This document shows, piece after piece, positions 1-15,059 of a stretch of DNA of 64,000 nt (position 1 is its first letter; each line of letters begins with the position of its first letter). Where the stretch lies: NCBI RefSeq assembly GCF_058153355.1, contig NZ_CM177019.1. One strand, 5' to 3'. The translations under genes were made by a program, and so were the position numbers. The notes beneath the pieces are model-generated. The model worked only from the letters and a program-made list of their open reading frames with translations. It was not told the DNA's origin and searched no databases.

Positions 1-362
1 ACGATCTGTATGTCAGTTTCGACGTTAAAGATCTCCAAAAAGCGATGTTCCGCCAGCAGAGTTTCCCGTCAGTGGTGATGAACCCCCAGGACGCGCATAG
101 CGCTTATATTCGCGGTGAAGTGGAGTTGGTGCGGATTCGTGATGCCGAAGGGCGAATTGCGGCAGAAGGGGCTTTGCCTTATCCGCCTGGCGTGCTTTGC
201 GTGGTGCCCGGGGAAGTCTGGGGCGGGGCTGTCCAGCGTTATTTCCTTGCGCTGGAAGAAGGGGGGAATTTGCTGCCGGGATTTTCGCCGGAGTTGCAAG
301 GTGTCTATAGCGAAACCGATGCGGATGGCATGAAACGGTTGTACGGTTATGTGTTGAAGTAA
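1..362 (+). CDS. speC: Ornithine decarboxylase, C-terminal fragment (5' end lies outside window)
   Basis: Open frame from window edge to TAA at 360-362; C-terminus ...KRLYGYVLK; convergent with nupG as in K-12. Confidence 0.8.
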   Translation, partial: DLYVSFDVKDLQKAMFRQQSFPSVVMNPQDAHSAYIRGEVELVRIRDAEGRIAAEGALPYPPGVLCVVPGEVWGGAVQRYFLALEEGGNLLPGFSPELQGVYSETDADGMKRLYGYVLK

Positions 363-372
363 GAATAAAAAA

Positions 373-402
373 ACGGGTCACCTTCTGGCGACCCGTTTTT
401 CT
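373..402. terminator. Bidirectional rho-independent terminator between convergent speC and nupG
   Basis: Hairpin acgggtc/gacccgt followed by T-run; A-run on the other side. Confidence 0.6.
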
Positions 403-410
403 TTGCGTAA

Positions 411-1667
411 TTAGTGGCTAACCGTCTGTGTACCTGTCGGGACACGAACGTGTTTATATTTGAACATCGCCATGAACGCGAAGGCCAGAACCACGGAGTA
501 ACCTGCGAAAATCAGCCATACGGTCTGCCAGTCGGTAATGCCGTTTTGGGTGTACATCTCAACCACTTTACCGCTCACGATGCCGCCGAGGATACAGCCG
601 AAGCCGTTAGTCATCATCAGGAACATCCCTTGCGCACTGGCGCGAATCGCCGGGCTAACTTCTTTTTCCACAAATACGGAACCAGAGATATTGAAGAAGT
701 CGAATGCGCACCCGTAAACGATCATCGACAGCACCAGCAGCACAGTACCGAACGGAGTCGGGTCGCCGTAAGCAAACAGAGCAAAACGCAGGATCCACGC
801 CACGATACTGATCATCATTACGTTCTTAATACCGTAGCGGCTTAAGAAGAACGGGATGGTCAGAATGAACAGGGTTTCAGAGATCTGCGAAATCGACATG
901 ATGATTGACGCATGCTGCACGATGAAGCTGCTGGCAAACATCGGATCTTTGTCGAAGCTGTGCAGGAAGGTGTTACCGAACATGTTGGTAATCTGCAGTT
1001 CCGCGCCCAGCAGCATTGAGAAGATGAAGAAGATTGCCATACGCTTGTTTTTAAACAGCGCGAATGCATCGAGGCCCAGCAGGGTTGTCCAGCTCTGATT
1101 CGCTTGCTGTTTAGCAACCGGAATATGCGGCAGAGTCAGGGTAAATAGAACCAGAACGGCGGAAAGAGCTGCGCCAATATACAGCTGCATGTGGCTTAAT
1201 TCGAAGCCAGACAGGCTCACCACCCACATTGCCATGATAAAGCCGATGGTGCCCCAGATACGAATTGGCGGGAAGTCAGTAACGATATCCATCCCGGCAT
1301 TTTGCAGGCGATAGTAAGAGATGGTGTTGATTAACCCAAGCGTTGGCATATAAGCAAACGAGTTAATCAATATCACAAGGAACATCGCTTCCGGCGTCGT
1401 AACCTGTGCCGCCATGAACAGCGTGATAGCGCCAATGGTGTGGCAAATGGCATAGACCCATTTCGCACTTAACCATTTGTCGGCCACAATCCCCAGCAGC
1501 GCAGGCATGAAGACTGCGGCGATACCCAGCGAGCTATAAACTGCGCCAATAGAAGCACCGTCAAACTTCAGGGTAACAAACATATAGGAGCCGAGGGTCG
1601 TCAGCCAACTTCCCCACAGACAGAACTGCAGAAAAGAGAGGATTTTCAGCTGCAGCTTAAGATTCAT
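411..1667 (-). CDS. nupG: Nucleoside:H+ symporter NupG (MFS)
   Basis: 418 aa from MNLKLQLKILSFLQF...; ORF-track upstream extension rejected. Confidence 0.9.
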   Translation of the reverse strand: MNLKLQLKILSFLQFCLWGSWLTTLGSYMFVTLKFDGASIGAVYSSLGIAAVFMPALLGIVADKWLSAKWVYAICHTIGAITLFMAAQVTTPEAMFLVILINSFAYMPTLGLINTISYYRLQNAGMDIVTDFPPIRIWGTIGFIMAMWVVSLSGFELSHMQLYIGAALSAVLVLFTLTLPHIPVAKQQANQSWTTLLGLDAFALFKNKRMAIFFIFSMLLGAELQITNMFGNTFLHSFDKDPMFASSFIVQHASIIMSISQISETLFILTIPFFLSRYGIKNVMMISIVAWILRFALFAYGDPTPFGTVLLVLSMIVYGCAFDFFNISGSVFVEKEVSPAIRASAQGMFLMMTNGFGCILGGIVSGKVVEMYTQNGITDWQTVWLIFAGYSVVLAFAFMAMFKYKHVRVPTGTQTVSH

Positions 1668-1813
1668 GTTAATTTCCTCACATCGTGATGCGGATGAGTG
1701 TTTGAAAAAGCACATTTGACCGTGCGAGATGATGCGATTCTATCAACTTCGCAGACTGGTTTTTTGTTACCTGTGGCAAATAATTGCAAACATTCCCAAT
1801 TTGCAAAACGAAA

Positions 1814-1831
1814 TTGTGATGTGGATAACAT
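1814..1831. promoter_or_regulatory. Candidate CRP-like site (TGTGA-N6-TAACA) in nupG upstream region
   Basis: ttgtgatgtggataacat upstream of nupG; nupG is known to be CRP/CytR regulated. Confidence 0.35.
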
Positions 1832-1868
1832 TTTTGCCCCTGAGCATCGTCAGGGGCGGTAAGTGGAA

Positions 1869-2975
<1,107 letters not shown>

Positions 2976-3012
2976 TTATGCAAGTTGCCGGAGGTGACCT
3001 CCGGCTCTGTTT

Positions 3013-3291
<279 letters not shown>

Positions 3292-3315
3292 TCATCCTCT
3301 TTATCGACTCACGCG

Positions 3316-4368
3316 CTAAACCGGCGCGCCAGTGCGTAACTGCTGTAACAAACGCTCCACGGGAGCCGCCAGGCCAACTGACGGCGGTTGCGCTAAGTTA
3401 TACCAGAGCGCATTGCCTTCATCCATGCAGCCGGTGAATGACGACACGGGAAGCCACATAGGCACAATATCTAAGTGGAAATGGCTGAAGGTATGCCGAA
3501 ACGCGGTCAGTTGCGTCAGGTTATCGGCAGAAATCTGCCGTTGCGCCAGCCACTGCCGCAAACTTTCTTCATCGGCAAACTGCGGGAAACAGTATAAACC
3601 GCCCCACAATCCGCTCGGCGGACGCTGCGCCAGCAATACTTCATCTTCGTGCTGTAACAGCAAAAAGTAGCCGGTGCGCTCCGGTAGCGTCTGTTTCGGT
3701 TTTTTGCCCGGATAAAGCGACCAGCTATTGTTGGCGGCGGCAATACATCCGTTTTGTAGCGGACAGAGCGAACATTTCGGCTTAGAGCGCGTACAAATCA
3801 TCGCGCCCAAATCCATCATCGCCTGGTTAAACCGTTCCACGCCAACCGCGGGCGTCACCTGCTCGCTTAAACTCCATAGTTTGTTCTCGACCTCTTTTTT
3901 CCCAGGCCAGCCGTTTACAGCATAGCAGCGCGCCAGCACCCGTTTGACGTTACCGTCGAGAATCGGAAAGTGCTTACCCAGAGAAAGCGAGAGAATCGCG
4001 CCTGCGGTGGAACGCCCGACGCCCGGTAACGCGGCAACCTCATCAAAGGTTTCCGGGAATTTACCGCCGTGTAAGGTGGCAACTTGCTGTGCCGCTTTAT
4101 GTAGATTGCGCGCGCGGGCGTAATAGCCCAGTCCGGTCCACAAGTGGAGAATTTCGTCCAGCGGCGCATTGGCGAGATCGGTCACCGTTGGGAAGCGCGC
4201 CATAAAGCGTTCAAAATAGGGGATAACGGTCGCAACCTGAGTTTGTTGCAACATCACTTCTGAGAGCCATACTTTGTAGGGCGTCTTGTCAATTTGCCAG
4301 GGCAGCGTTTTCCGCCCGTATTTATCGTACCAGTCCAGAACCTGGGCTGAAAATTGCGACGCTTGCAT
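3316..4368 (-). CDS. mutY: Adenine DNA glycosylase MutY
   Basis: 350 aa from [25 protein letters not shown]; 4Fe-4S Cys cluster present. Confidence 0.9.
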   Translation of the reverse strand: MQASQFSAQVLDWYDKYGRKTLPWQIDKTPYKVWLSEVMLQQTQVATVIPYFERFMARFPTVTDLANAPLDEILHLWTGLGYYARARNLHKAAQQVATLHGGKFPETFDEVAALPGVGRSTAGAILSLSLGKHFPILDGNVKRVLARCYAVNGWPGKKEVENKLWSLSEQVTPAVGVERFNQAMMDLGAMICTRSKPKCSLCPLQNGCIAAANNSWSLYPGKKPKQTLPERTGYFLLLQHEDEVLLAQRPPSGLWGGLYCFPQFADEESLRQWLAQRQISADNLTQLTAFRHTFSHFHLDIVPMWLPVSSFTGCMDEGNALWYNLAQPPSVGLAAPVERLLQQLRTGAPV

Positions 4369-4528
4369 GGTCACCGAATTCACTGTTGTTGGGGGCAAGA
4401 TTGCAGCACAGCGACGGCAGGGTGTAAACCGGAACTTTCCGCAGCCACGGCCTTATCATGCTTGCATCCGGCAACTAACTTTGGATAATGCCCGTTTTCA
4501 GAACACTTTCACAAGCGACTAAATCTTT

Positions 4529-5248
4529 ATGAAAAACGACGTCATCTCACCGGAATTTGATGAAAACGGCCGCCCACTGCGCCGTATCCGTAGTTTTGTG
4601 CGCCGCCAGGGGCGACTGACCAAAGGCCAGGAACATGCGCTGGAAAACTACTGGCCGGTGATGGGCGTTGAGTTCAGCGAAGATATGCTGGATTTCCCTG
4701 CGCTTTTTGGCCGTGAAGCGCCAGTGACGCTTGAGATTGGTTTCGGCATGGGGGCGTCGCTGGTGGCAATGGCTAAAGATCGCCCTGAGCAGGACTTCCT
4801 CGGCATTGAAGTGCATTCACCAGGCGTTGGTGCGTGCCTGTCTTCTGCGCATGAAGAGGGCTTAAGCAACCTGCGCGTGATGTGTCACGATGCGGTTGAA
4901 GTGCTACACAAAATGATTCCTGACAATTCATTGCGCATGGTACAGCTCTTTTTCCCTGACCCGTGGCACAAAGCGCGCCATAATAAACGCCGTATCGTTC
5001 AGGTGCCGTTTGCCGAACTGGTAAAAAGCAAACTGCAACTGGGGGGCGTATTCCATATGGCGACCGACTGGGAACCTTATGCGGAACATATGCTTGAAGT
5101 GATGTCTTCGATTGACGGTTATAAAAACCTGTCAGAGAGCAATGATTACGTACCGCGCCCGGCATCACGTCCGGTGACGAAATTTGAACAACGTGGTCAT
5201 CGTCTTGGTCACGGAGTATGGGACTTAATGTTCGAGAGGGTGAAATAA
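4529..5248 (+). CDS. trmB: tRNA (guanine46-N7)-methyltransferase
   Basis: 239 aa [31 protein letters not shown]... Confidence 0.9.
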   Translation: MKNDVISPEFDENGRPLRRIRSFVRRQGRLTKGQEHALENYWPVMGVEFSEDMLDFPALFGREAPVTLEIGFGMGASLVAMAKDRPEQDFLGIEVHSPGVGACLSSAHEEGLSNLRVMCHDAVEVLHKMIPDNSLRMVQLFFPDPWHKARHNKRRIVQVPFAELVKSKLQLGGVFHMATDWEPYAEHMLEVMSSIDGYKNLSESNDYVPRPASRPVTKFEQRGHRLGHGVWDLMFERVK

Positions 5249-5574
5249 TGGCAAAGAACCGTAGCCGTCGTCTGCGTAAAAAAATGCACATCGACGAATT
5301 CCAGGAATTAGGATTTTCGGTGGCATGGCGATTCCCGGAAGGTACATCGGAAGAACAGATTGATAAAACCGTTGATGACTTTATTAACGAGGTTATCGAA
5401 CCGAACAAACTGGCCTTTGACGGCAGCGGATATCTGGCCTGGGAAGGTCTGATCTGCATGCAGGAAATCGGCAAATGCACCGAAGAACATCAGGCGATTG
5501 TGCGTAAGTGGCTGGAAGAGCGCAAACTGGATGAGGTACGCACCAGCGAACTTTTCGACGTTTGGTGGGACTAA
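5248..5574 (+). CDS. yggL: DUF469 protein YggL
   Basis: 108 aa from [18 protein letters not shown]; ATG overlaps trmB stop (taATGg). Confidence 0.85.
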   Translation: MAKNRSRRLRKKMHIDEFQELGFSVAWRFPEGTSEEQIDKTVDDFINEVIEPNKLAFDGSGYLAWEGLICMQEIGKCTEEHQAIVRKWLEERKLDEVRTSELFDVWWD

Positions 5575-5606
5575 GAAAGCATACGGGCGATGACAAATGC
5601 AAAACT

Positions 5607-5633
5607 GTCTGATGCGCTACGCTTATCAGGCCT
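5607..5633. repeat. REP element (Y-type) carrying an unoccupied atcaggcct motif
   Basis: gtctgatgcgctacgcttatcaggcct. Confidence 0.8.
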
Positions 5634-5651
5634 GGAAAGATGCACAATCGA

Positions 5652-5686
<35 letters not shown>

Positions 5687-5757
5687 TGGATAACGTGTAC
5701 TTTGTTATCAATCTGGGGCCAGCAAATGCTGGCCTGATTTGTTCTTGAGGGAAGACT

Positions 5758-6477
5758 ATGATGCGCAAAATGCTGCTGGCGGCAGCACTTTCAGTGACGG
5801 CAATGACCGCTCACGCCGACTACCAGTGCAGCGTCACGCCGCGTGATGATGTGATTGTCAGCCCGCAAACCGTGCAGGTGAAGGGCGAAAACGGCAATCT
5901 GGTGATCACGCCAGACGGCAACGTGATGTATAACGGTAAGCAATATTCCCTGAACGCCGCCCAGCGCGAGCAGGCGAAGGATTATCAGGCTGAACTGCGT
6001 AGCACGCTGCCGTGGATTGATGAAGGCGCGAAAAGCCGCGTCGAGAAAGCCCGTATTGCGCTGGATAAAATTATCGTTCAGGAGATGGGCGAAAGCAGCA
6101 AAATGCGCAGCCGTCTGACCAAACTTGATGCGCAGCTGAAAGAGCAGATGAACCGCATTATCGAAACGCGCAGCGACGGCCTGACGTTTCACTATAAAGC
6201 CATTGATCAGGTTCGCGCCGAAGGCCAGCAATTAGTGAATCAGGCAATGGGCGGAATTTTACAGGACAGCATTAATGAAATGGGCGCGAAAGCGGTGCTG
6301 AAAAGCGGTGGTAACCCATTACAGAATGTGCTGGGAAGCCTGGGCGGTCTGCAATCCTCAATCCAAACCGAATGGAAAAAGCAGGAAAAAGATTTCCAAC
6401 AGTTTGGCAAAGATGTTTGTAGCCGCGTTGTGACTCTGGAAGATAGTCGCAAAGCCCTGGTCGGGAATTTAAAATAA
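5758..6477 (+). CDS. yggN: Periplasmic protein YggN (DUF2884)
   Basis: 239 aa with signal peptide MMRKMLLAAALSVTAMTAHA. Confidence 0.85.
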   Translation: MMRKMLLAAALSVTAMTAHADYQCSVTPRDDVIVSPQTVQVKGENGNLVITPDGNVMYNGKQYSLNAAQREQAKDYQAELRSTLPWIDEGAKSRVEKARIALDKIIVQEMGESSKMRSRLTKLDAQLKEQMNRIIETRSDGLTFHYKAIDQVRAEGQQLVNQAMGGILQDSINEMGAKAVLKSGGNPLQNVLGSLGGLQSSIQTEWKKQEKDFQQFGKDVCSRVVTLEDSRKALVGNLK

Positions 6478-6628
6478 TCCCCTATTTTAAGACGGCATAA
6501 TACTTTTTTATGCCGTTTAATTCTTCGTTTTGTTACCTGCCTCTAACTTTGTAGATCTCCAAAATATATTCACGTTGTAAATTGTTTAACGTCAAATTTC
6601 CCATACAAAGCTAAGGGATAATGCGTAG

Positions 6629-7698
<1,070 letters not shown>

Positions 7699-7703
7699 TC
7701 ACC

Positions 7704-7731
7704 TCGCCCCGGTATCGTGCCGGGGCTTTTC
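7704..7731 (+). terminator. Rho-independent terminator downstream of ansB
   Basis: gccccggtatcgtgccggggc + TTTT. Confidence 0.7.
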
Positions 7732-7813
7732 ACTTCAGACTCACGTCCATTGCCAATTTTCATCACCCTAATGATAATCACCGGAATAAATTATTCCGCG
7801 CGAGGGTTTTCGG

Positions 7814-8821
7814 GTGAAAAAGCAATGGATTGTAGGCACGGCGCTGCTTATGTTGATGACTGGTAATGCCTGGGCAGATGGCGAACCGCCAACTGAAAAT
7901 ATCTTAAAAGATCAATTCAAAAAGCAGTATCACGGCATTCTCAAGCTTGATGCCATCAGCTTAAAAAATCTTGATGCTAAGGGTAATCAGGCCACCTGGT
8001 CAGCGGAAGGCGATGTCTCTTCCAGTGACGATCTCTATACCTGGGTCGGTCAGTTGGCAGATTACGAACTGCTCGAACAGACCTGGACGAAAGATAAACC
8101 GGTAAAATTCTCGGCGATGTTAACCAGTAAAGGAACGCCCGCGTCTGGCTGGTCGGTGAACTTTTACTCTTTTCAGGCGGCAGCCAGCGATCGTGGGCGG
8201 GTGGTCGACGATATCAAAACGAATAATAAATATCTGATCGTGAATAGCGAAGATTTCAATTATCGCTTTAGTCAGCTTGAATCAGCGTTGAATACCCAGA
8301 AGAACTCGATTCCTGCGCTGGAAAAGGAAGTGAAAGCGCTTGATAAGCAAATGGTGGCGGCGCAGAAAGCAGCGGATGCATATTGGGGAAAAGATGCAAA
8401 CGGTAAGCAAATGACCCGCGAAGACGCCTTTAAAAAAATTCACCAACAGCGTGATGAGTTTAATAAACAGAACGATAGCGAGGCGTTCGCGGTTAAATAT
8501 GACAAAGAGGTTTATCAACCGGCGATTGCGGCATGTCATAAACAGAGTGCAGAGTGTTATGAAGTGCCGATTCAGCAGAAGCGAGATTTCGATATCAACG
8601 AACAACGGCGACAGACTTTTCTGCAATCACAAAAACTTAGTCGTAAATTGCAGGATGACTGGATAACGCTCGAAAAAGGGCAATATCCGTTAACGATGAA
8701 AGTTTCAGAAATAAACAGTAAAAAAGTCGCGATTTTGATGAAAATTGATGATATCAACCAGGCTAATGAACGCTGGAAAAAAGATACCGAACAATTGCGG
8801 CGCAATGGGGTGATTAAGTAA
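7814..8821 (+). CDS. yggM: Uncharacterized periplasmic protein YggM
   Basis: 335 aa, signal peptide MKKQWIVGTALLMLMTGNAWA. Confidence 0.85.
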   Translation: MKKQWIVGTALLMLMTGNAWADGEPPTENILKDQFKKQYHGILKLDAISLKNLDAKGNQATWSAEGDVSSSDDLYTWVGQLADYELLEQTWTKDKPVKFSAMLTSKGTPASGWSVNFYSFQAAASDRGRVVDDIKTNNKYLIVNSEDFNYRFSQLESALNTQKNSIPALEKEVKALDKQMVAAQKAADAYWGKDANGKQMTREDAFKKIHQQRDEFNKQNDSEAFAVKYDKEVYQPAIAACHKQSAECYEVPIQQKRDFDINEQRRQTFLQSQKLSRKLQDDWITLEKGQYPLTMKVSEINSKKVAILMKIDDINQANERWKKDTEQLRRNGVIK

Positions 8822-8843
8822 TTTTTGCGATGACGCAAGAGTT

Positions 8844-8877
8844 GTAGCCGGATGTTGCGTACACGCCGCATCCGGCA
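8844..8877. repeat. REP element
   Basis: gtagccggatgttgcgtacacgccgcatccggcaa. Confidence 0.75.
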
Positions 8878-8885
8878 ATACAAAT

Positions 8886-10022
8886 TTACTCAGCCAGAAA
8901 AAGCTCCAGCAGCGAATTTAAAAACAACTTCCCATGTTCCGTTATCTGCCAGTAATCCGCACATTCTGTGAGATAACCCTGAGCAATAGCCTCGTCTAAC
9001 TGAGGGCGAATAACCTCTTCTGAAAGGCCAGTATACTGGCTAAACTCCACGCGCGGCGCGGCTTCCAGCAGACGGAAGCGATTCATAAAGAACTCAAACG
9101 GCTTATCTGCGGCTTCGACATCGCGCTGGCTTTCCAGATACCGCCCCTGCATAAAACCACGCGGATGACGCGTTTTGGTGGTGCGCAGAATGCGCCCATC
9201 CGGGAAGGTGACTTTGCCGTGCGCGCCGCAGCCAATACCGATGTAGTCACCAAATCGCCAGTAGTTGAGATTGTGCTGGCACTGATAACCTGGTTTGGCG
9301 TAAGCGGATGTTTCATACTGCTGATAGCCCGCTGCGGTTAATAACTGATGCCCCTGTTCGAAAATATCCCACAGCGCGTCATCGTCCGGCAGTACAGGAG
9401 GGCGCGAGCCAAACAGCGTATTAGGTTCGATGGTTAGCTGATACCAGGAAAGATGCGGCGGATTCAGTTCAATAGCCTGGCGTAGATCGCCAAGCGCCTC
9501 TTCCAGTGATTGATCCGGTAGCCCATGCATCAAATCGAGGTTAAAGCTACGTAACCCTAAACCGCTCGCCAGCTTCGCAGCTCGTTTCGCTTCTTGCGGG
9601 CCATGAATGCGCCCAAGTCGTTTCAGCTTTTCTTCGCTAAAACTCTGCACACCAATAGAGATGCGATTCACGCCAGCACGCTGATAATCAACAAAGCGAT
9701 CGGCTTCTACCGTGCCTGGGTTCGCTTCCATGGTGATTTCTGCATCCGCTGCCAGCGGCAAACGCGCACGCACGCCGTCCAGCAGCGTTTGCATCGCCGG
9801 GCCAGAAAGCAGGCTCGGCGTACCGCCGCCAATAAAGATTGTCTGCACTTCACGGCCCTGAGCGTAAGCCACATCGTTGTCCAGATCGTTAAGCAGATGC
9901 TGAACATAATCGTCGTGCGGCACTTCTCCTTTCAACGCGTGAGAGTTGAAATCGCAGTACGGACATTTCTGCACGCACCACGGGATGTGAATGTAGAGAC
10001 TCAGCGGCGGTAATTTAACCAT
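8886..10022 (-). CDS. hemW: Heme chaperone HemW (radical SAM, HemN-like)
   Basis: 378 aa [25 protein letters not shown] (CxxxCxxC). Confidence 0.9.
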   Translation of the reverse strand: MVKLPPLSLYIHIPWCVQKCPYCDFNSHALKGEVPHDDYVQHLLNDLDNDVAYAQGREVQTIFIGGGTPSLLSGPAMQTLLDGVRARLPLAADAEITMEANPGTVEADRFVDYQRAGVNRISIGVQSFSEEKLKRLGRIHGPQEAKRAAKLASGLGLRSFNLDLMHGLPDQSLEEALGDLRQAIELNPPHLSWYQLTIEPNTLFGSRPPVLPDDDALWDIFEQGHQLLTAAGYQQYETSAYAKPGYQCQHNLNYWRFGDYIGIGCGAHGKVTFPDGRILRTTKTRHPRGFMQGRYLESQRDVEAADKPFEFFMNRFRLLEAAPRVEFSQYTGLSEEVIRPQLDEAIAQGYLTECADYWQITEHGKLFLNSLLELFLAE

Positions 10023-10608
10023 TTCGTAAAGCGTCCAACAGCAGTTTCAATGCCTGACCACGGTGGGAAATGGCGCTCTTTTCTTCGCGGGTCAGTTCGG
10101 CAGCAGTTTTACCTTCGGAAGGCACGAAGAATATTGGATCATAACCAAAGCCGCCAGTACCCGCCGGTTCACGAGTAATCACGCCCGGCCAGCTACCGTG
10201 GCACACCAGCGGAGTCGGATCTTCCGCGTGGCGCAGATATACCAGCACGCAGTGGAAACGCGCTTGACGTTGGTCGTCCGGTACGTCTTTCAGAGTTTCC
10301 AACAGTTTTTGCAGATTCTTTTGATCGGTCGCGTCTTCACCGGAATAACGTGCGGAGTAAATCCCAGGCGCACCGCCAAGTACATCTACCGCCAGACCAG
10401 AGTCGTCGGCAATTGCCGGTAAACCGGTCACTTTTGCCGCGTGGCGTGCTTTCAGAATCGCGTTTTCGATAAAGGTCAGGCCGGTTTCTTCGGCGGAATC
10501 TACGCCGAGGTCTGTTTGGGCCACGATATCAAGACCGAAGTCGCTAAGCAGCGACGCCAGCTCACGCACTTTACCGGCATTGCCGGTTGCGAGGACAACT
10601 TTTTGCAT
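10015..10608 (-). CDS. rdgB: dITP/XTP pyrophosphatase RdgB
   Basis: 197 aa [21 protein letters not shown]; overlaps hemW start by 8 nt. Confidence 0.9.
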   Translation of the reverse strand: MQKVVLATGNAGKVRELASLLSDFGLDIVAQTDLGVDSAEETGLTFIENAILKARHAAKVTGLPAIADDSGLAVDVLGGAPGIYSARYSGEDATDQKNLQKLLETLKDVPDDQRQARFHCVLVYLRHAEDPTPLVCHGSWPGVITREPAGTGGFGYDPIFFVPSEGKTAAELTREEKSAISHRGQALKLLLDALRNG

Positions 10609-10615
10609 AGGATAC

Positions 10616-10906
10616 CTAATTAATTAACGCCGCGATTTCTGGCGGGATTTGTTGCGGATTAATGATTTTAATTTGTTTGTGGCGGCCAAGTTCGCCTTTC
10701 TCAATTACCACCTGGCTTTTGGCTACCCGGAATTGCTTGCCGAGAAACTTCACCAGATGGCTGTTGGCCTGGCCGTCAACCGGCGGCGCGGTAATGGCGA
10801 CTTTTACTTCGTCGCCATGTAAACCGACAATAGAATCACGGCTGGCTTTCGGCTGAATATAAAGCCGTAAAACCAGACCGTCATCGTTAACTGTTACGGC
10901 ACTCAT
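10616..10906 (-). CDS. yggU: DUF167 protein YggU
   Basis: 96 aa from [18 protein letters not shown]. Confidence 0.8.
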
Positions 10907-11469
10907 AACGCCATCCACAGCCCCGGTAGCAGCATGTTTCCGGTCGCCTGCAGTACTTCTGCGACACCCATATTAATGACATACAGCAGCAGAACGAGGA
11001 TCATCGGCGAGAAATCAATCCCACCCATAGCCGGCAGCAGGCGGCGAATCGGACGCAGCAGTGGATCGGCCAGCTGAATCAGCACGTATTCAATCGGGCT
11101 ACGACCCTGGCTTACCCAGCTCATAATCGCCATCACCAGCAGGACCCAGAAAATCAACAGGCCGATGGTTTTCAGTAGAATCAGCAAACCTGCAATCCAG
11201 ATGATTGGCAGGAAGGTCACCACTTTAAACAGCACGATGGCTTTGATAAAACTCAAAATGTACGCAACCAGCAGCGAGGCGCTATCAATGGGGCCCATTG
11301 CCGGAATAACGCGGCGCAGTGGCCCGATAATTGGCTGCGTTACCTTCACTACAAACTGTGAGAAGGGGTTGTAAAAATCACAATGAGCCCACTGCATCCA
11401 GATGCGTAATAACAGCACCATGGTATACAGCTCAATGACCGTTGAAAGCAGGAAAGTCAACGTATTCAT
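10903..11469 (-). CDS. yggT: YggT family membrane protein
   Basis: 188 aa hydrophobic [21 protein letters not shown]. Confidence 0.85.
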
Positions 11470-11486
11470 GGCGTTCCTTTAATTCC

Positions 11487-12191
11487 TTATTTTTTAGAGT
11501 AATCACGCGCACCAAAAATTGCAGTGCCGATACGAACCATCGTGCTACCTGCCGCAATGGCGGCTTCCATATCGTCCGACATTCCCAGAGAGAGCGTGTC
11601 GATATGCGGGTAGCGCGTTTTCAGTCCGGCAAATGCTACAGCCATTTGGCGTGCAACTTCAAACTGCCTTACATATTCTGACTCAGGCGCAGGGATCGCC
11701 ATCAGCCCGCGTAGACGTAAACGCGGTAGTTCAGAGACCGCTGCTGCCAGCTCGTCCAGTTCAGCCAGTTGAATCCCGGACTTACTGTTTTCATCACTAA
11801 TATTAATTTGAATCAGTACGTTAAGAGGGGGGAGTTCTGCCGGGCGCTGGTCGTTCAGGCGGGTGGCGATGCGCAAACGGTCGATGGTATGACACCAGTC
11901 GAAATGTTCTGCCACCAGGCGGCTTTTATTAGACTGCAACGGGCCAATAAAATGCCATTCTAATCCTGTTACGCCCAGTTCCTGAAAGTGGCGAATTTTA
12001 TCTACCCCTTCCTGAACATAGTTTTCACCAAATTGACGCTGCCCGGCATCAATGGCTTCTGCGATGGCGCTCGCAGGTTTTGTTTTACTGACTGCAAGCA
12101 GCGTAATTTCTTCTGGAGAACGACCGCAACGCGTTGCAGCCGCTGAGATTTTGTCCCGGACCTGTGCCAGGTTATGCGCAATATCGTTCAT
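11487..12191 (-). CDS. yggS: PLP homeostasis protein YggS
   Basis: 234 aa MNDIAHNLAQVRDKISAAATRCGRSPEEITLLAVSKTKP. Confidence 0.9.
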   Translation of the reverse strand: MNDIAHNLAQVRDKISAAATRCGRSPEEITLLAVSKTKPASAIAEAIDAGQRQFGENYVQEGVDKIRHFQELGVTGLEWHFIGPLQSNKSRLVAEHFDWCHTIDRLRIATRLNDQRPAELPPLNVLIQINISDENSKSGIQLAELDELAAAVSELPRLRLRGLMAIPAPESEYVRQFEVARQMAVAFAGLKTRYPHIDTLSLGMSDDMEAAIAAGSTMVRIGTAIFGARDYSKK

Positions 12192-12208
12192 TTTCCGAGG
12201 ATCTTAGT

Positions 12209-13189
12209 ATGAATATGGAAGAAATTGTGGCCCTTAGTGTAAAGCATAACGTCTCGGATCTACACCTGTGCAGCGCCTGGCCCGCACGATGGCGTATTCG
12301 CGGGAGGATGGAAGCTGCGCCGTTTGATGCGCCGGACGTGGAAGAGCTATTGCGGGAGTGGCTGGATGACGATCAGCGGGCAATATTGCTGGAGAATGGT
12401 CAGTTGGATTTTGCCGTGTCGTTGGCGGAAAACCAGAGATTGCGCGGCAGTGCGTTCGCGCAACGGCAAGGTATTTCTCTGGCATTACGGTTGTTACCTT
12501 CGCACTGTCCACAGCTCGAACAGCTTGGTGCGCCACCGGTATTGCCGGAATTACTCAAGAGCCAGAATGGCCTGATTCTGGTGACGGGGGCGACGGGGAG
12601 CGGCAAATCTACCACGCTGGCGGCGATGGTTGGCTATCTCAATCAACATGCCGATGCGCATATTCTGACGCTGGAAGATCCTGTGGAATATCTCTATGCC
12701 AGCCAGCGATGTTTGATCCAGCAGCGGGAGATTGGTTTGCACTGTATGACGTTCGCATCGGGGTTGCGGGCTGCATTGCGGGAAGATCCCGATGTGATAT
12801 TGCTCGGAGAGCTGCGTGACAGCGAGACAATCCGTCTGGCGCTGACGGCGGCAGAAACCGGGCATCTGGTGCTGGCAACATTACATACGCGTGGTGCGGC
12901 GCAGGCAGTTGAGCGACTGGTGGATTCATTTCCTGCGCAGGAAAAAGATCCCGTGCGTAATCAACTGGCCGGGAGCTTGCGGGCAGTGTTGTCACAAAAG
13001 CTGGAAGTGGATAAACAGGAAGGAAGAGTAGCGCTGTTTGAATTGCTGATTAACACACCCGCGGTGGGGAATTTGATACGTGAAGGGAAAACCCACCAGT
13101 TACCACATGTTATTCAAACTGGGCTGCAGGTGGGGATGTTGACGTTTCAGCAGAGTTATCAGCAGCGGGTGGGGGAAGGGCGTTTGTGA
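12209..13189 (+). CDS. yggR: PilT-like type IV pilus retraction ATPase homolog YggR
   Basis: 326 aa from MNMEEIVALSVKHNVSDLHL; Walker A GATGSGKST. Confidence 0.85.
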   Translation: MNMEEIVALSVKHNVSDLHLCSAWPARWRIRGRMEAAPFDAPDVEELLREWLDDDQRAILLENGQLDFAVSLAENQRLRGSAFAQRQGISLALRLLPSHCPQLEQLGAPPVLPELLKSQNGLILVTGATGSGKSTTLAAMVGYLNQHADAHILTLEDPVEYLYASQRCLIQQREIGLHCMTFASGLRAALREDPDVILLGELRDSETIRLALTAAETGHLVLATLHTRGAAQAVERLVDSFPAQEKDPVRNQLAGSLRAVLSQKLEVDKQEGRVALFELLINTPAVGNLIREGKTHQLPHVIQTGLQVGMLTFQQSYQQRVGEGRL

Positions 13190-13238
13190 CGTTGCTGTGT
13201 CTGATACGAATTGTAAACATGCCCGATGTGCAAGCTTA

Positions 13239-14468
<1,230 letters not shown>

Positions 14469-14498
14469 CATGCCTGCAATCTGGGAAACCGGGGTAGA

Positions 14499-14529
<31 letters not shown>

Positions 14530-14559
14530 AGGGAAGCGTAACTTTGAATTCGCACTCAC

Positions 14560-14598
14560 CGTAGGTTGGATAAGGCGTTTACGCCGCATCCAACATGA
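14560..14598. repeat. REP element flanking IS621 copy 1
   Basis: ccgtaggttggataaggcgtttacgccgcatccaaca. Confidence 0.7.
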
Positions 14599-14642
14599 AA
14601 CAACGAGCACATTGTCAGAAATCTGTGCGCTAGTAAATCGCC

Positions 14643-15059
14643 TTAATATCCCTGCTCGAAATAACTTTCGAGAATAATAACCGCAGAGGCAGAGTCGACT
14701 TTACCTTTGTTGAGCGCCCGATAACCGCCCTGTTCGAACAGACCGGAGCGCGCTTCCACGGTGCTAAGCCGTTCATCATGGAGCTTAACTTCAACACCAA
14801 AACGGCCATGAATACGATTGGCGAATTTACGCGCCCGGGCAGTCAACGGTTGCTCGGTACCGTCCATATTCAGCGGCAAACCGACGATAATTTCGTCAGG
14901 TTGCCACTCTTTCAGTAAACGTTCGATAAGGTTCCAGTCCGGCGTACCGTCCTGTGCTTTAATTGCGGGCAGTGGGCGAGCGGTGCCGGTAATGCGTTGT
15001 CCGACCGCTACGCCAATGCTTTTGGTGCCGAAGTCGAAGGCGAGTAAGGTTCCACTCAT
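14643..15059 (-). CDS. ruvX: Putative pre-16S rRNA nuclease / Holliday junction resolvase-like YqgF
   Basis: 138 aa from [21 protein letters not shown]. Confidence 0.9.

Noticed and set aside
411-1715. N-terminally extended ORF-track starts for nupG, mutY, yggL, yggR, ruvX, yqgE, rsmE, galP, metK, speA, loiP, tktA, epd, pgk, fbaA, scpB, scpA, argP, rpiA, ygfA and pepP
   Set aside because: Longest-ORF artefacts; internal start codons reproduce the conserved N-termini of the known proteins and are preceded by better RBS.
12191-12209. Divergent yggS and yggR start codons only 17 bp apart, as a possible unusual shared regulatory element
   Set aside because: A tight divergent arrangement is the conserved organisation of this locus; no distinctive motif seen beyond two start codons and their RBS.
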